Shown piece after piece: positions 34,688 to 46,994 of a stretch of 64,000 nt of DNA. Numbering within the stretch: position 1 is the stretch's first letter; every line of letters starts with the position of its first letter. This DNA comes from Chlorokybus atmophyticus (Eukaryota > Plantae > Mesostigma and Chlorokybus algae). The translations under genes and the position numbers were made by a program. Location of the stretch: NCBI GenBank assembly GCA_009103225.1, contig RHPI01001553.1, forward strand, positions 45,047 through 109,046. The letters run 5' to 3'. The notes under the pieces are model-generated. The model made no database searches and was not told the DNA's origin. It saw only the letters and a program-made list of their open reading frames with translations.

Positions 34688-37600
34688 CTATCTCCCTGTC
34701 TGTCTTTGAGGGTCGGCGTGGTCGGCTGCGTCTTCGTCTTCATCTTCGTCATCGTCTCCGTCTTCGTCATCGACATTGTCATCGTCATCGTCATCATCGC
34801 CATCGCCATCGCCATCGTCTTCATTGTTGTTGCCCTGCCTCTGCAGCATTGCCAGCGCCCGTGTCTGCAGCAGGGCCTCGGCATCGCCATACTTACCCTG
34901 TTGCTGCAGCGCAAAGCCCAAGTTGTTGAGGGTTGTCATGGTGCCGGGGTGGTGTGGCCCCAGCTGCGTTTCGCAGATCGCTAACGCTTGTCTATACAAT
35001 GCCTCGGCCTTGTCATATTTTCCCTGCTTCTGTAGAAACGCTGCCAGGTTGTTGAGTATCATTGCAACGTCAGGGTGGTCCGGCCCCATATTCGCTTTGA
35101 TGATCACCAGCGCCTGTCTGCTCAATGCCTCAGCCTCGCTGTACTCACCCTGCGCGTGCAACACAGATGCCAGGTTGCTGAAAGCGAGTGCGGTGTCGGG
35201 GTGCTCTGGCCCCAACTTTGCTTCGCGGATCGCCACCGCCCGTCTGTGTAGGTCCTCGGCCTTGCGGTGCTCACCCTGCTCTTGCAGCACGAGTGCCAGG
35301 TTGTTGAGGGCTGTTGCGGTGCCGGGGTGGTGTGGCCCCAACTTTACTTCGCTGATCCCCAGCGCCCGTCTGTTTAGATCCTCCGCTTTGCTGTACTCGC
35401 CCTGCACTTGCATCACCGCTGCCAGCATGGTGAGGGAGCTCCCGGTGTCCGGGTGATCTGGACCCAACTTTGTTTCCCGTATCGCCAGCGCCTCTCTGCT
35501 CATTGCCTCAGCCTCGCCATACTCACCATGCTTCTGCAGCAAAATTGCCATGTTGTTAAGGGACGACGCGAGGTCGAGGTGGTCCGGCCCCAGCTTCGCT
35601 TTGTAGATTGACAATGCTCGTCTATGAAAAGCCTTGGCCTTGCCATATTTGCCCTGCTTGCCCATCACATATGCCAGGTTGCCGCAACTTGTCGCGGTGC
35701 TGAGGTGGTCCGGCCCCACCAACATTTCTGTAGCCGTCAGCGCCTGTCTGAGCAGGGTCTCGGCCTCGCCATACTTACCCTGTTCTTGCACCACGAGTGC
35801 CAGATTGTTGAGGATAAGCACGGTTTGGACGTGGTTCCGCCCCAGCCTCGCTTCACTACTCGCCAGCGCCAGTTTGTACAGGGCCTCAGCCTCAACGTAC
35901 TTGGCCTCGATTCGGAAGCAATTGCAGTACAAAAGCCACAGGCGGAGCCAACGTGATGAGTCTTGCGGTTCAACCCGCTGCAACACGCGTTCGCAGCTGT
36001 CCAACATTCTTGAAGCCTGTGCTGTCTGATAGAGACCAACATAGAACTCCGCCAATGCCAGTGCGACGTCGTTGACTTGCAGCAAGTCGCCATCATCCAG
36101 TGGAACCCTGACACCGCTAGGGTCATCAACCTCCGGAAGCGCCATGGACACTGCATACGCAACGTGTTCTGCGTCTTGTCCAACCTCGCCCACCTCAGCG
36201 ATGGCCATGATGGCAGCCTGGGCGACCTGGATACCCTCTTTCTTCCCCTCCCATCTGCCAAAACTCTGTACCAGAGGGTGGAAAGCTGTACCTCCGTCCC
36301 GTGTGCGCTCGGCTAGTGCGTACTCTACAAGCAATCCCGATGCAGTCTCGACATCGTCGTTGCAATAGTCCATTGCCGACAAGTTGACAGCAGCATGTTT
36401 TAGTAGTTCTGATCGTATAGGAACTGTAGCGAACCATCCACCCAACCATAGAAGCTTTCTGGCCAGATCGGCCACCTCCACCACCTCCGCCTCGCAATTG
36501 TCTGTGACCATCATAGTCAGACTTGTAAGAAACAGAGTCGTCAACCGCGAACTCTTTTGAAAATCGGGGTCGTCCGGCACTCTCAAAGACTTCTACTACC
36601 TCTTTTGTTCTCAGCTTTGTCAAAAGCCACTCCGGACCGTGCCTACCCTTGAACATCAGTCTAGCAGAAACTGCTAGGGATAAAGCGTGGCACCCTAGAG
36701 CCACAGCCAGCTCTTTGGCCCTCTCCTTGGGTGTCTCAGGCGACAGCCATGATTTCAGCAACTCACATGCAGCCGCCTCTTCAAGATCCTTCAACTCCAG
36801 GACATGAAGGTTGCCAGGCATTCGCTGACGAGCAGTCAGTATGACATGGCAAGGTCCTTCCTTCGGTAGGTATTTCACATACTGCTCCTCATCGTCCACG
36901 TTGTCCAACACCAGAAGACAAGGGGTCTCCGACTGTTCCAGTGCTGTCCGAATCTCCGCAACAATGTCTCGGTCTTTCTCCTGATTGGGCCGCAAAATAC
37001 TTGGGAGCCACGACCTGTGTGTAACATTGTTGATCAGCTTTACCTGCAATTCCAAGACAAGCAGGGAGTATTAGTACAGCTGCAAAAGAAAGCCAGCAGA
37101 GGCTCTTACTTTATTTTCTCAACGCCTGTCTCGATACCCAGTGGCTTTGCCAACCCCAGGAAACTACTGTGCAACGCCTCTTTGCTTGCATCAATCCAGA
37201 GCAGCTTGTCGTATTGGTTTCTGTGGCTATACACGTACTTCAGTACCAGCTGCGTCTTGCCAGCACCCCCCATGCCTTGGATGCAGACGCGGCCGCATTC
37301 ATTTTTGAGCATGTTCTCCAGCTGCGTCAACTCTGCGCTTCTTCCAACAAAGTGCTTGTTGTCATGGAACGGCATCATGTTGACTCTCTTCCCTGTGGTG
37401 CACGGTCGTTCAAGCCGCTTGCAAACATCTTGGACGATGGCACGGGCATAGGTGTCCTCGTAGCCGTCATACTTCTTGATGCTCTTCATGCATATGCTTG
37501 CAAGGTCTTGAACCGACTGCATCCAGTCCGCTTCATTCATGTTGCAATCTGTCCACAACTGCCCCCCGTGTTGCTCCCAGACTGTGCCTGCTGAGATCAA

Positions 37601-38022
37601 GAAGAGAGACAGTTGATTGTCATGGATGTGAGACAGAGGATCCGACATCTGCATTCCAAATATCAGCACTGTTGCAATGTACCTTTCTTGTTCTTGATCT
37701 TCTCTGCATCAATATCCGTAGGGGTAACCTCAAAGCAGACTGGCAAACAGTTTTTCCGGTCCAAGAATGTGCGGAGCTCTTGCATGCACCATTGGCTGGC
37801 AAAGAACCCCGGAGTCAGCACCACAATGCCGCATGTTGCCTTCTGCATGGCTGAGTCCATCATCTCAGGCGAATGATCTCCCAGTTGCAATGACCTATCG
37901 TCGAAGAACACCCGTAGCTTCTGCCTCTCGAGCTCGTTCTTGAGCCATACGCCAAAACCCCTTTTGATGTCTGGACCGCGATGAGACAGAAAGACGTCGT
38001 AATGTTTATCTTGACCAGCCAT
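34688..38022 (-). CDS. TIR - NB-ARC/STAND - TPR (TNP-type) protein with acidic tail; at least one frame disruption
   Basis: TIR YDVFLSHRGPD...SQWCMQEL; intron 37588-37682; P-loop GMGGAGKT; Walker B LLVLDNVDD; HVILTAR; LGCHALSL. Eight 42-aa GP(D/H)HP..LNNLA..QGKY TPR repeats and a D/E-rich tail. A frameshift lies near 36590 and the splice phase near 37050-37105 is unresolved. Confidence 0.9.
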
Positions 38023-41000
38023 GACTCCACCTCACACTGACCATCCGCCACCGTAATATGCCACCGTCAGCGGCGACGCAGCGCTGTGCCAGGTCAAAGG
38101 AACGCTGCGAGGGCGCCCAGTCTAAACACAAGCTTGAAGTGAGTGCTTAAGCTGACACAAGCTGCTCGACTTGAAGCAGCACTGGCTTGCAAGCATACCT
38201 GCAGCTGAGCAACTGGAAGCCGCCACCGCTGCCTGCTGCCTTGCAAGGCATTGGCGGCGCTTGACGAACGGAAACGTCAACAGCTTGTTGCTGCGCCGCG
38301 ACTGTCCAGCCCGCACCCGTCCCCAATCCTGCTGCCGCTGCTGCTTCAGCTTGTCCTTGCTAGAAAGAGCTGTGGGCCGAGAGAAGAGCATTACAAGCCA
38401 AGCGCAGAGCATGCACAGTGCAGCATTTGTGCGTTAATTCCACAATGCAGAGTTTGCATTGAGAAGATGCAGATTGTGCGCTGTGCAAGCTGATAGAACA
38501 GAAAAGTGCATTACCAAGCTTGTGCACTACGTCTGCATACCATGACAGCAGTGCAGCCAACAGAAGCCACTACATCCTGCACTCGTGCTGCATGTGGCCA
38601 TGCAGTGCATACAACTTGTGTTTGCAAAGCAGCTGACACTGTGCACTGTGTTAAAAAAGACAGCCCACAGTGTTCAAAACTCAGTGTACGTAAGCTATAC
38701 GCATTGTACAGGTTGATGCTGATGTTGATAGCGCCTGCACCATACCTGCTAGGGCGTGTTGAAGTGGGAGTCAGTTTGGATGGCGACTCCGCCCACAGTC
38801 AGTAAGCAAAGGACTACACCTGTTTCAACGATGTCCAGCACAGCTAGCGGCACCTTCACAACACCAGCCGCTCGACGTCCTGCCACTGCTTCCGCCGCCG
38901 CCGCCGCCGCCGCCGCCGCCTACGCCAACAGGAGGTTATTCACCCTGATAAGGTTTCTGATACTCTTCAAGCTGGTCAATCTTTGGCTTTGCACCTGATG
39001 TCAGTGTTAGTAACTGTGTGTTCGCCCTCAGCCCTCAACACGACAGGCAACCAGTGGGCGGCTGCACTAAGGCTGCGGCCAAGCCTAACACTCAGCTGCA
39101 CGGTTGACATCCTAGAGCTTGCTCTTTCGCTTGCACATATGTTTTGCACATATGATAATTGTCCTGCCATGGCATCACTACTAACTAACGCCAGCTTGCA
39201 CCAAGCGAGCCATGCATGTCAAGCATTGCATGGTGTCCCTGAGTGTGGCTAGCTAGTTGGCATGCTGTTCTGGCATGCTGTGCTCGCCGCAACCAGCGGC
39301 CGCACACGACCAGAAACGGCAACCCACCTTGGTTCGGTGCGGTGAGTTCAGCTGGCTTCAGCTGCGCTTTGCCTCCTTCCAGCCAACGCGCTTGTCCGCC
39401 CCGCCTCCAGCTTGTTGTGGGCGTGGTCGTCGCCCCTCCGCCCCTCGCCTTCCGCCGCTGCTCCGCGCTCGCTGTGGTCCATATCCATGCCCGCTGCGTC
39501 CTCTACAGCTTAGAGTCTAAAGCTGACGCGGAGCTAGGCACCGTGACAAAGTGCCGCGGAGAGTGCAAATCCAGATCGATGAACAAGTCGAACCGAATCA
39601 AACCTGTCGCGCATCATCAATGTCAGGACTCATCACGTGCTTCAGGCATATATCAGGAGACGCCTGCTGCTAGCCTAGCAGTGCTATGCTGTGTCATGTC
39701 TGCACATGCATCAAGCAAACTAGGCCTTAGTGCGGGGAGGAAGTCGCGGCTCCAGCCTGGGCGGAGGATTCTGGCGCGTGTCCAAGGTTCAATGATCTAA
39801 AACTTCATGATCAGACATGATCAATTCGTGTGCTCAGGCTTGTTTGCTTGATTGCCCGGCGGCACGGCCCGGAGCGGTGAGGCGGTGGTGTGCGGCTGCA
39901 GTGTGTGTCCGCCGCCGGGCTGGAAGAGCTCTCTGGGAGGGTGGTGATAGAAGCGCAGCGCAGCAGGCGCCCAGCTTCGTCCGTCGTCAGCGAGCCATGC
40001 TGGGCGGCGCTGCTTAGCAAATGCCAACGGCGCAGCTGGAAGCTATCACGCCGACCGTCTGACGTAGATGGGCTACAGCTGCAAGCAGGGCTTCGGCCTT
40101 CAGCAGGTGCTCTACAATGCCTAGCTATTACTGCCTGCCCTTCACAAAGCTTGTCTAGCTGTCAATCAACATAACAGCTCGTGAATCAGCAATTGTACCG
40201 CACAAGTACCGCAGGCTGAGCGCCTGTGTGTTTGTGAATGCATGCGTCTATGTACACAGACGCTTACATGCACACACACACGCGCGCGCACTCATGCATA
40301 CGCACACATCTTCACATACGTTTTATTTGAACATGTGTGCTTCTTGCAGCCAGTACTTTAGCTCCTTGTGAGCAGTAGCATGCCTTACGGCAAGCCTGCT
40401 GTGGTCGTTGAGTATGTGCACTTCTGTTGGCAACGTCAGTGGGGCCTTGTTGCGGGCCGTAACAATAAAGGCTTTGCGCTTTGGTGCAGTTGCAGCGCAA
40501 GAAAAACTGTGTACGATGTAAACCAATCAATCAACAGAAGAGTTGTACAGTCCGCTTCTGTAATGAACCCAGCTAACAATGCTCCCCCCCCCCCCCCCCC
40601 CCCCCCCCCAAGCTGATCAGGATGTGTATACGATACAGCCCCCTGCATGTAACAATCTTGCACATTAGGAAACAAAAGCATTCACAGGAACAGATCAGCA
40701 GAGTTGACGACAGTATGTGGATACACTCTCTCCTCGCTGACCAGGTTCTCTATGGTTTGTTGAACACCTTGTGGAAGACCTGCGCATGAAGGGGGGCGAG
40801 GGGTTATGCAGTTCACGAACGAGAGATGGCCCGCGCGGGTGCGTGCGCGACTTGCTCGGAGTACACGCAAGTGTGTGATGATGTGCAGGTTGCAGAACCA
40901 AACCACTCAGGAGCAAGCTTTTGCACAGCGCACATCCGTATCCGCCTGCACAGTTGTCCCCTCACATCAACGCACATGCCCCCGCCCCCCCCNACACACA

Positions 41001-42649
41001 CACACACACGCCCCCCCGGGTCCCCTCCCTGACTCATCTTGAGCTGGGTTGGTTGCGCTGTACGTGCGTTCGTGAATACGCACGCGTGCGCGTGCGCGCA
41101 CGTGCATTTGTATGTTTGCATGTGCGCATCGGTGCGTTTGTGCATAGAGGTACCCTTGTGCGTGTACGCAAGCACGTGTACAACAGAAAGCAGCAGGTAC
41201 AAGGTCAACAACATGTGCGAGCGCCGCACGCATATGCATTAGCTGAGCACAGACAGCTAGACTTAACATCTCCTATGGACAGATCTTATGTAATCGATTG
41301 CTCAATCTGCTACGTTTTTCGCTGTGTATGCGCACAACAGTGTTGCTCAGACCGTCACGGGTCCAAAAACATTACAAGCACATGCACCCGCATACATCCA
41401 CAACCAAAACCTCACAGCAACAGCAGCAACAACAACAACAACAACAGAGTCAACTTGACAAGTGCGACAGGCGTTGTTGTATTCATTGTGGTTGTGGCTG
41501 TAGTTGTTGTGGTACTGTGGTTGGCTGCCATGGCGTCAGAAAGCCCCGCCCCCATCAGCCTGTCCACTTTGTTTTCTTCCTGCAAACTCCGCCTCTTTTA
41601 GAAGACTACACTGTTGTTCCGCATCAGCCTGCCTGTGTGTGTGCGCGTGTGAGCATGCATGCGTGCGTGCGCGGTAAGCATTGTTTCATAGCACTGAGGT
41701 CGGCGAGTGCACTAGCGCTGCAACGCGTCACACAAAACAGCAGGCAACAGCCATCATCTTACTATTACAGCAGCACATGGGAGGGCCGTGTGGAACTCTT
41801 CTGACGTGCATCGTGCAACGTGTGCCATCTGTGACAAATGGCACAGGTTACATCCCGCCCCCCCATGTGCTGCTGTNCACACACACACCCACCCACCCAC
41901 CCACACACAGAGTCTCACACCCAGGCACCCACAGACACCCACCCACCCACCCATGCGTTCCCGTGCGCGCGCGTGTACGAAGGGGAGGGCGGGTGGGTGG
42001 GTGGGTTGGGGGAGCGAGCGCCTCCGAGGTAAGTCTGTGTGTGATAAGCAAGCGGAGTGGAGTCGTGTGTACTTTTTTCAAGTACGATGTCAAAAAGCTA
42101 GTGTTTGTGACTGTTGGGATGGTTACTACTTCTGTTGAGCTATTGACACATGAGGCATGTGTGCACGTCTGTGTCAGAACAGTTGTCTGTGAGCCAACTG
42201 TTGGTGATGGCGAGACGGGTCGAGACAAGTACTGTCCGCATGTGCAAATGTATAGGTCATACGTTGGCAAAAACAACAATGACAACAACAACGATATCCA
42301 ATACATGTACATGTCATGCTATGCTGGCTGAAGTAAGTCACACGGCGTTACAAGCACAGCAACAATGAGGACGAATTGTCACCCACAATGCAACCATGTA
42401 CCTGGGCTGCCCCAACCGGCGCTCGTAACCCGCACGCCCATTTGTTTGGTCTACCTCGTGACGCGCGAATATAGCATGTGAGACGTGCAGCTATATCCCC
42501 ATCCTAAAACGTGCACACGTGATGAGCGGTTAATAACAATGCTGTTGTTGGCCAAGTATGACCTATCAGCAGATGGCAAACAGCGCAAATTGTGCCATAC
42601 TTGCAGGTGCTACAAATAGAACAAGTTTCAGAGCCTGACTATTTACCAT

Positions 42650-42885
42650 GACCATGCAGATTTACAGGGGCTTATCACTCATGTCTGTCTTGGAGGGCCT
42701 TCACTTCGTTGTACTACTAGAAGGTGCGGTGCCTGCCCCCTTGCAGCATGTTACCGTCGAATGGTACTGTCGCTGTGCTGGAGCGGTTGAGCTTTGCTGC
42801 GTCACTTGCAAGCGCCCGTGTGAGCGCGTCATCAGCCTCGCCATACTCGCCTTCATCTTTCAGCACGTTTGCCAGGAAGTCGATC
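42650..42885 (-). pseudogene. Isolated TPR-repeat fragment (3' remnant of a second TNP-like gene)
   Basis: FLANVLKDEGEYGEADDALTRALA matches the repeat consensus of the 34.7-36.0 kb TPR array. Confidence 0.7.
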
Positions 42886-44610
42886 GCAGTGAGGATGGGG
42901 TTATACGATCCATACACGGTATGTATATGGCAGTGTGGATTGACAAGTTGATGCCCAATGCAGCCTGAATTCTTACATGTTTACTATTATTTATGTGGTT
43001 GCTGCTGTCAGACTCGCCAATGTTCAAGCATACAGAAGAACGCTACATCCGGTTTATCAAAGAACCGCGTAATGTGCGGCTGGCAATGTTTGTTGACGGG
43101 ATGAGCCCGTTCAAAGATCCGCATAAAGGTAGTGATTGTGCCTTTTACCTGTGCTGTCATTGCAGTGTGTACATTCACAGTTGGCATTGATCGAGGTGTT
43201 TGTGGACTTGCAGGGAATTATGAATTTTGGCTTGTCACAATCTTTGTGCTGAACCTGCCCATTGCAAAAATGCACAAGACCGACACTACCTTTCTAGCTG
43301 CGGTGATACCTGGTCCCAAACAGCCAGAGAATCTACAGGCCTATCTCAAGCCAATCATTGACCAGTTGGGAACCTTTTGGAAGGTATGGTTTCAATGTAG
43401 TTTGAACAAGCCAGCTCTCGATACATCTGACATGCTCTCAAACTGCTCTGGACTGGAATGTGTAGGGCACTTAGCTGCTGGTGTTTGTTGTAGGCATCGA
43501 CATATATGACAGCCACCGCGACGAAGTTTTTCGGTGCAGATCTATCTTAGAGATTGTAATCCATGATTACCCAGGTACGCAAGCAGCAAGTGTTGGCCAT
43601 CAGTGTCTATGAATGTACTATCAGACTGGTATGGCAACCATGTTTGCCTTCTCTGAAACATGTAATGATGGTTGCGCAGCTCTGGCAAAAGCAGCCATGC
43701 AGATGGCTCATGGAGCCATCTTTGGCTGTTCCAAATGCGAGTGTAGTGGAGAACATGTGGAACTCCTCAAAAGGTGATTTATCAAGGCTACCGCCGGTAC
43801 TTACCAGATGACCATCCCTACCGAGTTGATGAGCGTTGGCCCCAACCAGAACACAGACCTCCACCTCCCATGCGGACTGCAGAAAGTGTGTACCGGTGAG
43901 CAACCAATCAATTGACATAGCTGAACGTAGCTATGTCAATCAAGCTTCACCAATGGATGCCATGTGATCAGGTACGCCATGACATCCCGCAACAGCAAGC
44001 AACTACTTCACTCCAAGAAACATCCTTCAAAGTCCTCCGGAATCCTTGGCCTAAGCTGTTTTCACGACCTTCCCTATTGGATGCCCTTACAGAAATCTGT
44101 AAAAGGTCATGTGATTGGCCCTATGCACATTTTTGCCAATCTCGCAACCAATTTGGCCAATCTGCTTGCTGGATTGCGCGACAGCAATGAGACTCGAGAA
44201 GATCTGCAGCAGCAAGGTCGTATGCCAGAACTCTGGCTACAGGTATTGCAGGCTTATGCGACACTTGTGATGACTGCCTGCCAACTCGTGTGACTTTGTG
44301 ATGATGCGTTGCAGACAGGAATGATGACGAAAGACGGAAAGGAAGTTGCAGTTAATGTCAAACCTCAGGCTCCATGGGCAATCACGGATGCAGGGCTGGT
44401 TGAGCAATTACTCTCAGGCGTGAGGATTCCAAGCACTTTCGGCTCTAAGCTGCAATCTTTCACCAAGCATTTAGGTGAGACAACCACCATGGTTCTCAAC
44501 TGCGTGCAAATCAATTCAGTGTCCTTGCATTGCACATCGTGTCTAATTAACAATGTGATGTAGTGAGCACACAGGCTCGATGAAATCGCACGACAAGCAC
44601 AACTTGTGGT
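42886..44610 (+). pseudogene. CACTA/En-Spm (Transposase_21-type) transposase remnant with introns
   Basis: DGVIRSIH|DSPMF...EPRNVRLAMFVDGMSPF, NLP...VIPGPKQPENLQAYLKP, GCSKC, PMHIFAN, VRIPSTFG, KSHD motifs in the expected order. No termini found. Confidence 0.85.
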
Positions 44611-44667
44611 CCGATCGAAATATGCCCGGATGTGCTCTACCAAGCAAGAGTAATCAGCGACACGCTG

Positions 44668-44925
44668 TGTCTCATAGGCAATGTCCAGTGTCTACGTGTT
44701 ATGCAATTTATTGCTATGTGACCAAAAGACTTATAGGCACTGGACAGTGTCTGCAAGTTATGCAGTCATTGTGTTGACCAAAAGACTCATAGGCACTGGA
44801 CGGAGTCTAAGAGTTATGCATTCCATTGCTAGGTGCCCCAAAGACTCATAGGCACTGGGCATTGTCTACGAGTTATGCAGTCCATTGTGATGACCTAAAA
44901 ACTCATAGGCACTGGACAGTGTTCG
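44668..44925. repeat. Degenerate tandem repeat, about 5 x 56-59 bp
   Basis: CATAGGCAC core at 44673, 44732, 44788, 44847 and 44904. Confidence 0.85.
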
Positions 44926-44937
44926 AGCTCGACACAC

Positions 44938-45150
44938 AGTAACGTCACAACTTGGCAAACAACGTGATAGTAACTAACCTGCAACAGTGGCACCATTAAC
45001 CAGTAACAACAGCTGGATATGCATGGAAGACTAGCTGATTTCAACTGAACAGCGAGCCATCTATGGCAAGTGACGCGACAACTTTGCAAACTACGTGATG
45101 GCAACTAACCTGTAAGAGTGGCTACACTGACCAGCAGTAAAAACAGCTTG
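44938..45150. repeat. Two diverged copies of an approximately 80-bp unit about 130 bp apart
   Basis: CAACTT(G/T)GCAAAC(A/T)ACGTGAT..AACTAACCTG..AGTGGC occurs twice. Confidence 0.6.
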
Positions 45151-46994
45151 ACGGCTACCAAAGCTTGCTATATGCATCAAGAATAGCTGGGTTCAGCTGA
45201 ACAAAAACCGAGCTACACACAAGGCATTTAAAGCAAACCATCGCAAAAAACAACTGACCTCCGGACATGCGGAGCTCTATGCCTTCCCCAAACACCAGGG
45301 GCTCCAGCTCCGGCTCTAACTCCTCACAGAACCTCTCCAGCTTGGCAATGTCGGCCTGCGCTGCAGGATCCGTGCTCCACTTGTCGAAATTCACCTCCTT
45401 CCAACCTGGACCAGGGATCTGCTCCCACTGCTTGAGCTTGTTGGTAAACTTGTCCATGTTTCGCACATGGGTTGGGTGCACAGAGGAAAGATTGTCCCTC
45501 ACAAACCTGTCCCCAAATTTTTGGCCGTTGTTGCCATGGTTGAACACTTGGCTGGCAGAATGCACTGCGGTCACCATTGTTACAGTATGCACAAAACACC
45601 TAAGCTTGCACGTGACAAAAGACTCACACAGCAGTCTATAGCACGACAGTCTCCAGCACGCGCCTTAATGCAGCTGCGATAACCAATGCCAATGTTAAAC
45701 TGCGCACAACGCACGCGCGAACGAACAAAACATTGCTGGAATCTGACAACAAACACTTCAAAATGAATTAACTTCCAGTACCTGTGTGACCTAGGGATCG
45801 TCGGAGCGGCCTATGCGGTCGCCTATGACGCCGCCGGCAGCCTGATGTTTGTGGTGTGCTTATAGTGATTTTGGCGGTGCTGGTGGAGGTGTGGTGGCGG
45901 AATGCTAGCTTGTGTTGCACGGGAGTGTTATCCAGAGCAAGTTGTTGCAGAGACCAGCAAGCTGAGAAACACCATGGGTGATGACATCCCTACCGTGTCG
46001 GCGGCATCGTCGACTTTAGAGGAGACTCGGAGGCGGCCTTCACACCGGCGGACAGTCTATTGGCATGTCCCTATTGCAGAACCAACGTGAAGGCGGGCCA
46101 TATAAAGTCTAACGGGCTTCTCGTAAACACACACACCAGGACTGCAAAGATCGCGCAGCACCTGCACATGAAATATTGCTGGTACATGCGCAGACGAACC
46201 AACCAGAGCGGCAGGGAGACAGAAGATGAGCTGAAGGGACGGATGGGGGATTCTCTCTCCAAAGCAGTATGGGTGCGTGTGATGTTGTGAAAGTGCGTTT
46301 GTTCTTATAGACTTACTTACGTTGTATGCATGCTAGTGAAGTGATGTCCGGGCAAAAGACTGTGCAACAACATGGACTTATGTGAAGCATATGTTGGCGT
46401 GCAGGCCCTGAAACCTCCAAAACAATGCAGAGTTTCCATTGACAACGTGCGGAGGGTTGAGAGTCATTCCTACATACGATCAGCATCGACCCTCCACACA
46501 GGAGTAGAAGGTCGTAAGGACGAGCACTAGGTCCGGACTTAGCAAGATGGCGTCGTCGGACCAGACTCCGGACTCCAGACTGGAGCCTTACTAACTGCTT
46601 CGTATCTTCGCGTATACTTACTCATATTAGGCGTGTAAGAGCTTATTGGAAAGCTCTAGTTGTAAGGAAGACAACGCAGCTTAATGCGTGTAAAAAAGAT
46701 GAGTATATCTTACGCAGTGCTTGCAAACGTAGACGTGTGTGTAACTGGCTGATATAAGAACCAGCGGACAACTTGTAATAAATGAATGTGATGTGACTTG
46801 TGTATGCTCTGGTGGCGGTAGCTCTGTCTCTGTGTGTCGATGATTGCCTCAACTACATGTGCATGCTAGTCCTTCAACAGGTTATGGGCCCACGCTACGC
46901 TTGAGGAGTGTGAGACTAGCTTGTGTGCATAGTAATTCTACACTACGGTAGCTTGTTGGTAGCAGAGCCTTGGGTGTCAACTGCAAGTGAAGGC

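Noticed and set aside
34585-36029. Overlapping ORFs on the opposite strand or in other frames of the TPR array and acidic tail
   Set aside because: Shadow ORFs from repetitive, GC-rich coding sequence. The same applies to the many short ORFs overlapping the Copia and Gypsy pol regions.
40230-42360. ORFs rich in H/T, Q/N or V/C repeats
   Set aside because: They derive from (CA)n, (CAA)n and poly-C tracts with single-N joins, and have no domain signal.
44668-44925. CRISPR-like array
   Set aside because: Whole units are homologous with no unique spacers, there are no cas genes, and the context is eukaryotic. The same applies to the 79-bp repeat at 7.9 kb.
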